Source: Candidatus Micrarchaeia archaeon (GTDB lineage Archaea; Micrarchaeota; Micrarchaeia; Anstonellales; VGKX01). Taken from it: a stretch of DNA of 64,000 nucleotides. The notes below the pieces were generated by a model. It saw nothing but the letters and a program-made list of their open reading frames with translations. It did no database searches and was not told where the DNA came from. Positions within the stretch are counted from its first letter, which is position 1. Every line of letters starts with the position of its first letter. This document shows, piece after piece, positions 13,201 through 20,382 of the stretch. The DNA is taken from NCBI GenBank assembly GCA_041650395.1, contig JBAZLG010000003.1, forward strand, positions 310,917 to 374,916, given 5' to 3'. A program made the position numbers and the translations under genes.

Positions 13201-13394
13201 CAGACCTTGAGCCAGAGGTTGTCCTGGTTTGTCAGGCTGCTGTCCTTGTAGCTTTCAGTGCCGCTGTCCCAGTGCAGCCAATATGTGTTATTGGACTGGT
13301 CGACGAAACTAACAGTGGCGAAAAGGTTGCCTGCTAGGATGAATGCCGCAATGGCGAGAAATGCATAAACTGATGCCTTGTGCAAATTGACCAC
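1242..13394 (-). CDS. Giant (4050 aa) membrane-anchored surface protein: signal peptide, LamG-like jelly roll, BNR beta-propeller, more than 20 Ig-like repeats, Cys-knot modules, C-terminal TM helices
   Basis: Uninterrupted 12 kb ORF; hydrophobic N-terminus; ~94 aa repeat N-x-PP...C...D-x-DGD...Y-x-W-x2-NG...C-x-VTP-x-DG; Asp-box motifs (SSDDGATW, STDNGTTW, SADKGASW); many N-x-S/T sequons; hydrophobic C-terminal segments followed by RRRRGK. Confidence 0.92.
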   Translation of the reverse strand: MVNLHKASVYAFLAIAAFILAGNLFATVSFVDQSNNTYWLHWDSGTESYKDSSLTNQDNLWLKVCQPGYNSSRVGLFFIENNTTSYVHNYGPGLAYFVPDPVNCSLYDIDVQDIKSRLPGLVTVVFSNYTSLDVTRDQQEKMDAPGGWLVGSYRANMSQSGSVVTVNITDAYTGLLCTSPGLRLTNYSWQLTDNVSRMSNVVGVYDSNDNLIGSDFVHVGIPQNISVSGTAAWVRINGITPSTCDYDPNCIAPNMMCPDGTCAWTCVESGGGGSKPPRMNLSAILNSTGGTYFNARMNLTGWANATSANSSDMVTYYLKWYQDGTLRYADHVSNASTFALGNSTLGLWHMGETNGTLVADATGRFNATATSGAGVSAARFGNARYFPQESYSSNSQAAAQIYANVTSAQMSGLNALSVEMWLRPNLSANYSGNKTNMDYIVLGGNLSQLKIGYSFSSGRLYATAIDKAGAWNSSTISGGGIVRSLAESPSGKLLAGTDIGLYSSSDDGATWSYAGLSTLVNSILVMPDGSVYAAGDDGAGTAKVYYSASNLSNWTDTGSLSGATTATQLARAPDGSIYVATDTENILKYSGGSWQLSCGSVVGATAVNSLMITSQGTFLAGSASGEIYKSADCSSWSSAYSGSVSVNAFLAADDGSIYAAASQTSTSGRVLKSTDNGTTWANTGTLTSASDVQSLLEGSDGTIYAGARIGTSSSSYRSRVYKSADKGASWSLMNANIGPSTSSKYVQSLLEASTGMIYAGTGESGITYYLGTIAPFSGNLYTGPLDSSQWEYIAYSANSTTTSIYLNEFQAANFSFGMPAMTFDTALIGRGKANYEPDNGFATGSRNSGFVGLIDEVRILNASIGQQAARSTYGWYSPSALVNVQNFSGLVSYQNWTLEVTPSNGIRGQALNSSPVYISYANIPPVMANSTILNATNGTYADSSGTLVGFANATDADNNTLSYYYKWYKNGALFSSGVAAGNYTQGRLVNISSIPNSSLSADSVWVLEITPFDGLDNGTALNSSPFAISHMPPSIPSLRVLNSTGGTTFRNGSVLVGYANASQADNDTLNYTYKWYRNGVLNSTGSFGPVLQGIEANIGNSTPAVGGDRWKFEVTASNGYSNATSSVFVAVGSEPQLSLVQIRNSTGGSALYTNSSLLGYANGTDFDGNNLGYYYKWYLDGTLNSSGSIGVVSAPSNATLRPAGIGNSSQLSAEPAPPNWQSVDEASMDGLTSYVFADSGSYLLDLYTVTSGIVPSGSPITSLELFAVAESFGAGTGGTVELAIREHNVTTLGAAHSVTSSWATYSDSWQYRPSDFGNWNSADMSSLQIGVKAKGPATSGSTFVTQVYAIVNYSTPNGFASSALVNIANITGTGVVKHQNWTLEATPTNGPVNGSAVNSTTITVLDTAPVTSVPAIAPPTIYQNTSQVSCVNGTSSDFDGDNVSFYYKWFVNGNFSGITSQNLTNSSFSNGATIICQITPFDGELNGTSMNSSQVQVINSPPVTGTPVLSPTPAYKTTPSITCSANSTYDPDGDNVTLSYKWFVNGNSAGVSSQSITNSSYSKGDSIVCQVTPSDPFVNGTSVNSSPLAILNSVPQMALQNSIANQSAGHRFRVSAGVFDGDGASDMASTNISSTSGSCVYVSNSTAGGYFNVTYECSGTALASTTVSIGFTDKSGAYNASTPSVAAYPNHLPVATNVTLAPAVAYASTLQVNCTASPSDADNDTVTLNYLWFKNGASTGIATSSISNASYARGDSLVCQATPYDGYQNGTAVNSTALVVSNSLPVTSAPYLVPSVANKNTPAITCYNNTTADADGDSVTFSYLWFVNNASTGITGQSVTNATYYNAVDLRCQITPNDGIGNGAAVNSTILALTNTPPVTAAPALSPIPAYKSSGQINCTNGTTSDNENDTVAFFYRWYVNGVAQAASTPYLASSNFNKSSLVVCQVTPFDGIANGTAVNSSALVVSNSNPVLAVENVFANQSAGHKFRATAGVYDADGGSDIASTNISSSSGSCVYVSNSTSGPYFNATYECTGAAFASSTVSIGFTDKSGAYNASAPAANSYPNHLPAISNISLSPSTAYVTTAQVNCSATGADIDNDTVSVSYSWFKNGASAGVSTSSITNASYARGDSLVCQATPYDGYQNGTASNSSALVISNSLPVTGVPTLAPPTAAKTTLNITCNNGTTSDADGDSVSFTYRWFVNSAYSGITTQYITNSSYTNGQSVVCEIRPFDGTASGTARNSSALLINNTAPTTAAPILAPIPAYKSTAQISCTPNNTFDAEGDTVSYYYKWYVNGVAVAPSAASINNSYFYKNDIVICQVTPTDGLLNGTAANSSGLAISNSNPALAVESVFANQSAGHKFRATAGVYDADGGSDIASTNISSSSGSCVYVSNYTSGSYFNVTYECTGTAFASSTVSIGFTDKSGAYNASAPAANSYPNHAPATSAPSLAPSTAYKQTPQINCTNGSTSDPDNDTVSFYYSWSVNGASAGIATSYLTNSSYSIGDIVSCSITPTDGYANGTSQSSANLTIVSSVPFPPANVTISPSPGYGNSSFTFAGYGASTPDGTNYTYYYRVRNSTATLRAYSSNATFDCSIAAGCSGRLYVDAIIINQYGINSTSATNSTQILNSPPYIAVQNTFADSASNHSFTVTGGVYDADGSEDITNIQISASSGTCTVQSISQGIKTLNATYYCTGASGVSTTISITFRDSASQQASTTPSVHAFPNGAPVTSAPSIVPVPVMKANPSLTCQNASVSDPENDSTSMHYAWYVNGALVSASQVIPSSYFNKSDTVFCQAIPTDGYLNGTAQNSTSYVVQNSPPSTFGAGLSPVPMYPNSTVTCANTSAITDADGDAVSLTYRFFNSTTELQAFSPAGTLSCSPATCPAGMTLSCTIRASDGTDHTDATVSRVISSPANTPPAALSSRIVNSTGGSGFRRGYILVGMANATDNQSDPVYYNYKWYLNGTLNSSGSSAYFAQGIESNAANRTGGIVKGQRWVLEIRPSDGMADGQAINSTEITIGNTPPTDFAVGISAPAYPGTLVNCTNLTPYSDVDGDSLAVRYQFSTGSGVVQAFSSSSQFACSASTCPAGTNLTCTASAFDGTDYTNASASTTIQSIPNAPPQAGSVSLLNSTNGTYVARQNAIYGWATSTDPNGDSISYYYSWYLNGARNRTGFASGFQSGVSGLVSSIPASEVVKGQIWTLEVVPTDGTLNGTAANSSALTVQNTAPQAPYLIAPSSGQVLTNGNVSFDWSDSADPDGDNVSYYLYMGTSPGPAFYGISTSSATNLSLSPGTYYWRVAGFDGTGFSANSSEWNFTIDLSAPSVQFVAPTPAQNYIGSTGRLDINASISAVANISSCTVTINGISFNGTLSSQAPPAYCSYSLPTAQAGSYNYSVLVATTDSRLGYSGTRTYMENSPPSLVSVSSANATVAFEQPWQVYANATDLQSSLQALNYSFYLGTSLSSLALAQSGTSPSAYFSLADNTTYYWQAVISDGLNSTSSPVFALRADFSELAASIASPAQSQVIADTLDFAMVYRILNPQNSISCSYELADSNGTVINSSAIACNATSLSVAAPAYGTYTVRLYETDYLGYSHTANATFSLSQSPPPVSSGGGAVERKLQVDLAATCAGETATITVRDYATRQLLDSSVEVTPSSLGLSPVSVSTSSAGKYVFVPEAGSYQLSVSKVGYSSTSKYFTVQSCAVPPSCRNLTVSCQNDYDCCSGICTDGICSLERNQTPVVLPPINLTVNAQCTQFYGSASVSPPDATLSLYRIVKNVRVPESLFHNGTGAYIFQPSQNGTFVVTAVRNGYLYSEKQFEVVDCAKPPACLPDGQVCSLGTSCCSGYCSEAAVCEARLPVSQCKLPSASCQSTKECCSGECVANRCAECSPLLQKCQISSDCCTGFCNMEGRCVLGEVVPAPGIQLPQIPVESIALPLAWLVLAASAYMVYRVSIGMAFFPIELGLLPVVAGMFVHPVIGIAVAAIELVIVTKSGLPATVKEFLARRRRGKGDGQVPPQDIPIGDYGLREQKEGPQKPAPPAPKED
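5950..8620. repeat. Intragenic higher-order tandem repeat, period 1128 bp (376 aa, about four Ig-like domains)
   Basis: Near-identical DNA at 6091 vs 7219, 7233 vs 8361 and 6961 vs 8089 (all offset 1128); peptide NQSAGHxFRxxAGVxDxDGxSDxASTNISS occurs three times. Confidence 0.85.
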
Positions 13395-13398
13395 TTTT

Positions 13399-15099
13399 TC
13401 AGGACAGCCATTTCGTGACGTAAGAGTACAGCGAGGCCACGATGTTGTTCAGCGCAGCCACCTGTCCCTGGTTGATTATCCCTGTCCTCAATAGCCCGGG
13501 GTTTTGCGGATTGGGGTTGACAACTGTCATGTTGACCGACTTGAGCGCGGTGCCGGAGCTTGTGTAAGACGAGACGGAGATGTAATACGGCCCGAGTGCC
13601 GAAGTGTAAAGTGCCGGGTCAAGCACGTATGTCCTGTTTCCCGTGGGTATCAATGCAAACGACGCCATGCCCGACTCGTTCGCCATCACCTGCGCCATGC
13701 TTGTCGGCTTGAGGGAATAATTGGTATTGTTGGCGGCCCAGACCTGTATGGGCGCGAATATGCTCACGCCATTGTATTCGGCAAGCCTGATTATGTCGCC
13801 GAAGTGCGAGCCGCCGGCCGAGTCGTAGACAACCACTGTGACATTGTAAGGCCTGCCCGCGTACGTGAAGTTCGTTGACAGGCTGCCGTCCACGTAAACG
13901 TCCATGAACACTACCTTGTATATGGTCTTCTGGCTTGAGGCATTGTTGTTGGACTCGCTTGTCTCGTTCTGCACGTTCGCGCTGTCGCATGACACCCAGA
14001 ACGTGGTCGGGTTGTCATTCGCATTTGACAGGTTCCACATGGACGTGTTTATCGTGATGCTCTGCGTCGTGGTGGAGCCGGGCGGTATTTCGCCGGAAAC
14101 AACCGTGGAGCCCAGCACGTTTGAGGGGCTTATGCTGTTCCTGTAGAAGGTCACGTTGAAAGGCGTAGAGGCATTGACATTGCCCGCATTGCTCACGACG
14201 GTGCTTATCGTCAGGTTGTCGCCGTAATACACAGTGCCCGAGGGCGAGTATGACGGGGAGGAGCATGACAGGTCCACGCCAACTGAAAAGGAGGTTGAAA
14301 ATCCGTTATAGACAAGATACCTTGTCTGGGATGACGCCTTTGCCTGCGCTGCTGTCACCCCAGTCTGGAGAAGCACGGTGCCAGTCCGTGTTGTAAGGGT
14401 TGAGGAGGAACAGTTCTGCCCAACGGTGTCAGTGCAAACGCCTATGGCTATCTGCTGGTTGTCGGCGCTTATTGTCGAGGGGCCCGTGGTTGCCGTGCCG
14501 GTTATGGAGCTGAAACCCAGTAGGGTCACCTGACCTGTGTTCTGGTTGTACGATGAGGCGAAGGAGGGGACCGAATAAGAGCCCCTCATCCAGCCTCCGG
14601 ATTGCGGGATGAATACGAAACTGTCAGTCAGGCCGGGGCTTGAATCCGGCGAGACCACGGCATAGGCATAGGCGGGATAGACGCCCGGGGTGTCAAGGGC
14701 AGAGGTCGTGTCCCTGTAATAAGCCCCTGGGCTGCCCTGTTCCGAGCCGAAGGGGTCAAGGCCGTAAATGCCGTTAGTGGTGGTGGTGAAAACGTAATAG
14801 CTCGAGTTAACACGGTATGCGAAGCCGCCGTATGAGCCGTCGGCTATGTCCCCCGAATTGGTGTAATACACGCGCAGCTTGACGTTCGGGTTGCTTGTCG
14901 TGCCGTCAAGGAAGTTCTTGGCGCTCGTGTCGTAGTAAAGGCCCACGGGAAGCCCGGTGCTGTCGGAGGCTATGGTGGCGTTTATTATGTAGGGATATGC
15001 AACGGGCAATGCAAAAAGCGCGGCAAATAACAAGAACAGTAGCAATGAGCGTGGCTTAATACCCAATTTCCTCCCCTTATGCTTATTGCCGCGATACAT
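13399..15099 (-). CDS. Secreted CARDB-domain surface protein (566 aa)
   Basis: Basic plus hydrophobic signal peptide; CARDB-like segment DL..S...GDNLTISTVVSNAGN...FNVTFY...CDSANVQNETSESNN; stop 4 nt before the giant gene start. Confidence 0.82.
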   Translation of the reverse strand: MYRGNKHKGRKLGIKPRSLLLFLLFAALFALPVAYPYIINATIASDSTGLPVGLYYDTSAKNFLDGTTSNPNVKLRVYYTNSGDIADGSYGGFAYRVNSSYYVFTTTTNGIYGLDPFGSEQGSPGAYYRDTTSALDTPGVYPAYAYAVVSPDSSPGLTDSFVFIPQSGGWMRGSYSVPSFASSYNQNTGQVTLLGFSSITGTATTGPSTISADNQQIAIGVCTDTVGQNCSSSTLTTRTGTVLLQTGVTAAQAKASSQTRYLVYNGFSTSFSVGVDLSCSSPSYSPSGTVYYGDNLTISTVVSNAGNVNASTPFNVTFYRNSISPSNVLGSTVVSGEIPPGSTTTQSITINTSMWNLSNANDNPTTFWVSCDSANVQNETSESNNNASSQKTIYKVVFMDVYVDGSLSTNFTYAGRPYNVTVVVYDSAGGSHFGDIIRLAEYNGVSIFAPIQVWAANNTNYSLKPTSMAQVMANESGMASFALIPTGNRTYVLDPALYTSALGPYYISVSSYTSSGTALKSVNMTVVNPNPQNPGLLRTGIINQGQVAALNNIVASLYSYVTKWLS

Positions 15100-15137
15100 T
15101 TAAAATTACCTTTTCATGCCAGTGGAGGCAGGTTTTA

Positions 15138-16742
15138 TCATGTTCCATAGACAAGCCACGCATTGAGCCTGTCATAGGCCCTGAAAACGTAAAGAATCGC
15201 GGCGTCGAGGTTTGCCCTGTTTGGCAGGGTGCCGCCGTTATACGAGGGGGTTATTGTATAGTCCCTGTTTGTCACGTTGAATTCCTTTGAGAAAAATTGG
15301 CTGCCGCCCGGGTATTTGCCCACCATGACAAGCGTATATGGCCCGATTTTGGCTTCCTGCCCGATAACGCCGCCTGTAGGGGTGATGACGAACTGGACAT
15401 TGCCGTTTGAATCAGTGCGCGTGTATGCATAGCCGTAATTGGTCACATTGGAGTCCGTGAACTGGTTCATTGCCCATGAAATGTAGCCGTTTTTCTCCAT
15501 GATTTCTATGGTGGCGTTCGCGATTGGCGAGTTGTTGGCATATCTTGCAGTCAGGTTGAGGGCTATGGGCATGGCGGCCCTGACAGAGGAGGGGAAGCCG
15601 GTTGACGTGTTGTCCGAAAGGATGGTCACGTTGTAGGTCGGCCCGCCGCCATAGGTCATGTACGCGTCGTAAAGCCTGTAAATGAAATTGTTCTCCGCCT
15701 GTATGTTGGCCCTGTTCGCCGGGCTCTTGCGCATAGTTGCCGCGACTGAATCAGACGCAAGGTCCCTGTTTGTTATGTTGAGGTAGATTGTGGCAAGAAC
15801 CGAGCCTGTCGAGCTAAGCAGTTCGACCCGTGCCGAATAATTGCCTATCTTGGGGTCGATGAAGACGCTGCCGCCCGTCGGGACGATGGTGAATGACGGG
15901 AAAGTGCCGTTCACGGCTGAAACGATGCCCACTGCCTCGTTTGAGACATTGCTTTGCGTATATTGCGGCAGGGCGAGGGGCAGCCATGAGTTGTCCTCGA
16001 TTACCCTGACATAGGAGCCCGATGTGGCATTGAGCACGGTTAGGTTGAGCGGGTCGCCTGCGACGAACATGACAGTTGTGACGTTGTTGTCAAGCACCAG
16101 AGTGAAATTGCCAGTTTCGCCGCCGTACGCCCCAGTGAAGAAGAGCGTGATTGTCTCGTTGTACGTGCAGGTCTGGTTGCCGCCGGTGAATCCGCCAGAA
16201 AGGCGCAATGACTCGTTTTTTGTGTTGTTCGTGCCGTCGGGCGAGAAAAGGGAGCTTGAGACGTAATAGCTGCCGTTTATCAGCAGGAGGTCGTGGAAAG
16301 TGGTATAATTGAACACGTCGCAGACCTGCAATGGCGAGGCCGAGCTGTTTGGCACGCTTGTCCAGTTGGAAAGCGGGTTGGCGCAGGAAGCGGGGGCGTA
16401 GTTTGACGCAAGGACCTGGAAAAGCGGGTCCGCGCCCTGGTTGGTGAAAGAATTGGCATTGACGGATACCGGGACATTGCCGGTGTTGTTGAGTATGAAG
16501 TAGAAATCGTAATACGTGCCTATGCTGCCGTTGGTGACATTGAAGAAATGGATGGATGCGTTGGCGCCGCAGGTCGCCACGATTGTGAGGCCGAGAGTGC
16601 CGCCGGAGGAATAGGACTGCGCATGGACGGCGGGGGCAGCAAGAATCACAATAGGCAACAAGGCAAACAGGGCCATGAAGGCTGTTTTTGCAAAGTCCGG
16701 CAAGCCATTGGCCTGCCGCCTATCAATGCGTCTCCCACACAT
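15138..16742 (-). CDS. Secreted surface protein (534 aa) with a duplicated C-terminal domain
   Basis: Signal peptide ending AVHA; many NxS/T sequons; two copies of E.N.W/Y...Q...SNV.N...F.I.PTGG...IG.Y...N.TNRD...NRAN...R.YD. Confidence 0.8.
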   Translation of the reverse strand: MCGRRIDRRQANGLPDFAKTAFMALFALLPIVILAAPAVHAQSYSSGGTLGLTIVATCGANASIHFFNVTNGSIGTYYDFYFILNNTGNVPVSVNANSFTNQGADPLFQVLASNYAPASCANPLSNWTSVPNSSASPLQVCDVFNYTTFHDLLLINGSYYVSSSLFSPDGTNNTKNESLRLSGGFTGGNQTCTYNETITLFFTGAYGGETGNFTLVLDNNVTTVMFVAGDPLNLTVLNATSGSYVRVIEDNSWLPLALPQYTQSNVSNEAVGIVSAVNGTFPSFTIVPTGGSVFIDPKIGNYSARVELLSSTGSVLATIYLNITNRDLASDSVAATMRKSPANRANIQAENNFIYRLYDAYMTYGGGPTYNVTILSDNTSTGFPSSVRAAMPIALNLTARYANNSPIANATIEIMEKNGYISWAMNQFTDSNVTNYGYAYTRTDSNGNVQFVITPTGGVIGQEAKIGPYTLVMVGKYPGGSQFFSKEFNVTNRDYTITPSYNGGTLPNRANLDAAILYVFRAYDRLNAWLVYGT

Positions 16743-16891
16743 TGGATATTACTGTATTTTCAGATATTTATAAATATAATTATCCGAAAGCATATCACGG
16801 GCTTGGCGGGATGCTGCGAAAAGCTAAAAACAGCCGCATGCCATAATCAGGCAGGCAGGGCAAGGCGCCCTTGGAGCAAAAGGTAATTCTC

Positions 16892-18337
16892 ATGAAAACG
16901 AAAAAAACTGAAAACTTCTCGGAATGGTACACGGAACTCATCAAGGAGGCGGAGCTTGCAGACATCCGCTACAATGTCAAGGGCTTTGTGGTCTTCCTCC
17001 CATGGTCGGTCATGAGCATGATGAAGATGTACAGGCTCTACGAGGCGGAGCTCGAGCGCACAGGGCACGTGCCTGCCTGGTTCCCGGCGCTCATCCCCGA
17101 GAGGAACTTCCACCTGGAATCAAAGCACGTGGAAGGCTTCACGCCTGAAGTGTTCTGGGTGACCGAAGCGGGCGGCAACAAGCTTGAGGAGAGGCTCGCC
17201 ATGCGCCCCACCTCGGAGACCGCGATGTACCAGATGTATTCCCTATGGGTGCAGGGATTGAAGGATTTGCCGCTGAAGATTTACCACTCCTCCCAGGTGT
17301 GGAGGCACGAGACCAAGGCCACGCGCCCGTTCATCAGGAGCAGGGAATTCCACTGGATTGAAAGCCACGACGCGTTCGCCACCCGCGAGGAGGCGGTGGC
17401 GCAGGTCCATCAGGACATGGAGATGGCGCAAAACGTCATAACGGGCAGGTTCTGCGTGCCGTTCCTGTTCTTCAGGAGGCCGCAGTGGGACAAGTTCCCC
17501 GGAGCGGACGACACGTTCGCAGCCGATACCCTGATGCCAGACGGCAAGGTGTTGCAATTGCCTTCGACCCACCTGCTCGGGCAGAATTTCTCAAAGCCGT
17601 TCAACATCACGTACCTCGACGAGAAGGGCGAGAAGCAGTTCGTCTACCAGACGTGCTACGGCCCCGCGATTTCAAGGATTTACGCCGCGGTGATTTCAGT
17701 CAATGGCGACGACAAGGGATTGCTTTTGCCTTCATGCCTTGCGCCAATGACGGTTGCGATAATCCCGATTTACAAAAAGGGCGGCGAGGAGGCGGTGCTT
17801 GCGAAGTGCAAGGCCGTCGAGAAAAGCCTTGCGGCCGCGGGCATAAAATGCACGATTGACACCACTGAAAACACCCCGGGCTTCAAGTTCAACAAGTGGG
17901 AGCTAAAAGGCGTCCCCGCGAGGATAGAGATAGGCGGCAGGGAGGCCGAGTCGGGCGAACTCACTGTGGCAATGCGCGACACTGGCGAAAAAGTCAAGGT
18001 GCACGAGTCGAAGCTTGCAACCGAGATTCCAAGGCTGCTTGCAGAAATGGACGGCAGGATTGCGGCTAAGTCCAGGGCAGGCTTTGAAGGGAAGATAAGG
18101 GACGCGAAGGATTATGCCGAGCTTGCAAAGGTGCTTGAGATTGGCGGGTTTGCGCGCGCCCCGTGGTGCTCGACAGACTTTGACGGCAAGGGATGCGCGG
18201 ACGAAGTGAAGGCGAAGACGACTGGCGACGTGCGCGGCACGCTTTTCGGGAAGGGCGAAAAACCCGCGGCGGGCGAGAAGTGCATCCACTGCGGCAAGGA
18301 AGCAAAGGAAATCGTCTACATCGCAAGGCAGTACTGA
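16892..18337 (+). CDS. proS: Proline--tRNA ligase, archaeal/eukaryote-like type
   Basis: NFSEWY, RPTSET, RPFIRSREFHW.E.H, KFPGAD.T, HLLGQNFS, WELKGVP.RIEIG, C-terminal Zn motif CIHCG...ARQY. Confidence 0.97.
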   Translation: MKTKKTENFSEWYTELIKEAELADIRYNVKGFVVFLPWSVMSMMKMYRLYEAELERTGHVPAWFPALIPERNFHLESKHVEGFTPEVFWVTEAGGNKLEERLAMRPTSETAMYQMYSLWVQGLKDLPLKIYHSSQVWRHETKATRPFIRSREFHWIESHDAFATREEAVAQVHQDMEMAQNVITGRFCVPFLFFRRPQWDKFPGADDTFAADTLMPDGKVLQLPSTHLLGQNFSKPFNITYLDEKGEKQFVYQTCYGPAISRIYAAVISVNGDDKGLLLPSCLAPMTVAIIPIYKKGGEEAVLAKCKAVEKSLAAAGIKCTIDTTENTPGFKFNKWELKGVPARIEIGGREAESGELTVAMRDTGEKVKVHESKLATEIPRLLAEMDGRIAAKSRAGFEGKIRDAKDYAELAKVLEIGGFARAPWCSTDFDGKGCADEVKAKTTGDVRGTLFGKGEKPAAGEKCIHCGKEAKEIVYIARQY

Positions 18338-18419
18338 AACATTGCCCTGCCTATTTTTAATTTCCAGGCTGAAGCGCCCAGTCAATAGCTTTAATAATAA
18401 ATAATGTGGTAATAAGTGT

Positions 18420-19355
18420 ATGATTAACGGCACAAATGAACTGCGGGAAGAGCTTGGCGGCCCCTCCAAACCCCTAGTCACAGCCCTTGCGGCAGCAGAA
18501 GTCCTTTATTCCCTCAATTCAATGGAAAAGGAGGGCATGAAGCCATACGGCGATTACGCAACAAGCGCACTGCTGGAATTAGCCGGCACCACGGGGGATT
18601 TCAAGGTTCCTGTGGCTGCGGCGCACTTTTTCGCATGGCACTACATGTACAAATACGACGGCTCAAACGCCACGGCCAGGGATATGGCAGAAAGCCTCGC
18701 TGAATACGTAAAATCCGACTTCACGCCATGGGGAACAATCGAGGGAACCGGCGACGGGGCCACTTGCACGTATATTTCAGGCAGGAGCATAGTTCCACTG
18801 ATTCAAAAGCTTGAGAGCGCGCGCGCAGTGCTTTACATCGCTTCCGCTTCAGCAGCCGCAGGAAACGAAGCAATCAAGGGAATAAAGCGCGAAATAGGCT
18901 CATTGCGCTTGCGCGCGGGTTTCTTGCACATAGACCTCTTGCTTGGGGATACTGAATACAACCCGCTTTTCGGCTCGCAGTTCAAGCCAAAAGCCCGTGC
19001 CATATTGGGAGAAATCCTAAAGGCAAGCGAGATTGCAGACGACCTGCTCCCCGCAAGCGCGGAAATATCGGCAATGATATCCCTCAACTGGGATGCTAAA
19101 AAAGAAATAAACATCAAAAGCGTGCTTGCGGAAATGGAGGCAGTGCCAAGCCAGGAAGTCTGCGGCCTGCTTAGGGCAATGGAACAGCATGCGGACACAA
19201 AGTCCTCAAAGGAAACTATATCCGCCTCGCTTGCAAAGGCAATGGAAGGGAACATTGCGCTGCGGGGATTCACGCCAACAGGCAGCAAGAAGGCTGAAGG
19301 CCCGAAATTGCAGGACAAAGGAGGCCAGCAGGCGAAAACAAACAACACAGGTTGA
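18420..19355 (+). CDS. Hypothetical protein (311 aa, predicted helical)
   Basis: Long ORF filling the gap after proS, with an AT-rich TATA-like upstream region; no recognisable motif. Confidence 0.65.
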   Translation: MINGTNELREELGGPSKPLVTALAAAEVLYSLNSMEKEGMKPYGDYATSALLELAGTTGDFKVPVAAAHFFAWHYMYKYDGSNATARDMAESLAEYVKSDFTPWGTIEGTGDGATCTYISGRSIVPLIQKLESARAVLYIASASAAAGNEAIKGIKREIGSLRLRAGFLHIDLLLGDTEYNPLFGSQFKPKARAILGEILKASEIADDLLPASAEISAMISLNWDAKKEINIKSVLAEMEAVPSQEVCGLLRAMEQHADTKSSKETISASLAKAMEGNIALRGFTPTGSKKAEGPKLQDKGGQQAKTNNTG

Positions 19356-19366
19356 GGCCGCACTTC

Positions 19367-20347
19367 TTAGGAACTGCCTGAAGGCTCGCCGCCCGCGGCA
19401 TTCCTGCCTTCTGTCTTGTGTATCAGTTCTGCGTAATATTTCTGGATGTAGGGGCGAAACGCGTCGTGGTATTTCATGGCCCTGATGAGATAGCGCGCGG
19501 ACGCGTCATAGTCCTCCTGCTTGAAATGGAAAACGCCAAGGTTCAGGCAGGCAAGCGATTTGAGCGCGTCGTCATCGCTTTTTCTAAGCAATTCCTCCAT
19601 GAAAGCCACGCCTGTTGGGGACCCGAGGGCCAGCTTGGACATGGAAAGCAGGAAATACGCCTCCTCGGAATCGGGATGCGCGCCCAGTATTTCCAAAAGC
19701 CCGTTTTGGGAGTCGAAGAACTTGGAATCGTCCTCGTTTGCGAACCCCATCATGAGCTTGCACGTCGCAAGCGAGAGCTTGACGTCAAGTTCGCGAGGCC
19801 TATATTCGACGAAAAGCGCCAGGAAGGAGAGGGCTTCAGGCAGGCTGCCTGAATAGAAATATGCCTGCCCCGCGTATTTCGCGCATGTTGCCATGGCGGC
19901 CTGGTTCTTCGCAGCCCGTGCGAGGCCAAATGCCTTGTCGAACATCTTGGCCGCCTCCTTGTGCCTGTGCGAATGGAAATCCATCATGCCAAGAATGAAA
20001 AATGGCAGGTGGTCGGCCTTGTTTGAGATGGAATAGCCCTCAAGAAGCCTCCTTGCGCCATCATAGTCGTCCATCTGCCAGAGGCACAGGGCCGCGTTTG
20101 CTGCCTGTTTGCCCGTGGGCTGCGAGAGTGAAAATGCGATTTCATAATCCCCGGCCGCAAGTCCGTACGAGCCGAGCCTCTGATATGCCATGGCCATAGC
20201 AAGCCTTTCCTTTGCAGTCAGGCTGCCCTTTGCCTGGAGCATGTCAATCATATCCATCTGCTTGGAGAAAAACCTGCCCTTTGCCTCTGGGATGTATTTT
20301 GTCCCGCCGCCCTTAATGGGCTTCTTGTCCATCAAAACATAATACAT
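19367..20347 (-). CDS. Tetratricopeptide repeat protein
   Basis: TPR-like helices (AMAYQRLGSYGLAAGDY, LNLGVFHFKQEDYDASARYL). Confidence 0.8.
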   Translation of the reverse strand: MYYVLMDKKPIKGGGTKYIPEAKGRFFSKQMDMIDMLQAKGSLTAKERLAMAMAYQRLGSYGLAAGDYEIAFSLSQPTGKQAANAALCLWQMDDYDGARRLLEGYSISNKADHLPFFILGMMDFHSHRHKEAAKMFDKAFGLARAAKNQAAMATCAKYAGQAYFYSGSLPEALSFLALFVEYRPRELDVKLSLATCKLMMGFANEDDSKFFDSQNGLLEILGAHPDSEEAYFLLSMSKLALGSPTGVAFMEELLRKSDDDALKSLACLNLGVFHFKQEDYDASARYLIRAMKYHDAFRPYIQKYYAELIHKTEGRNAAGGEPSGSS

Positions 20348-20382
20348 GGAAAATGCACCTTCAAAGCCAAGCCTGTGCCTGC

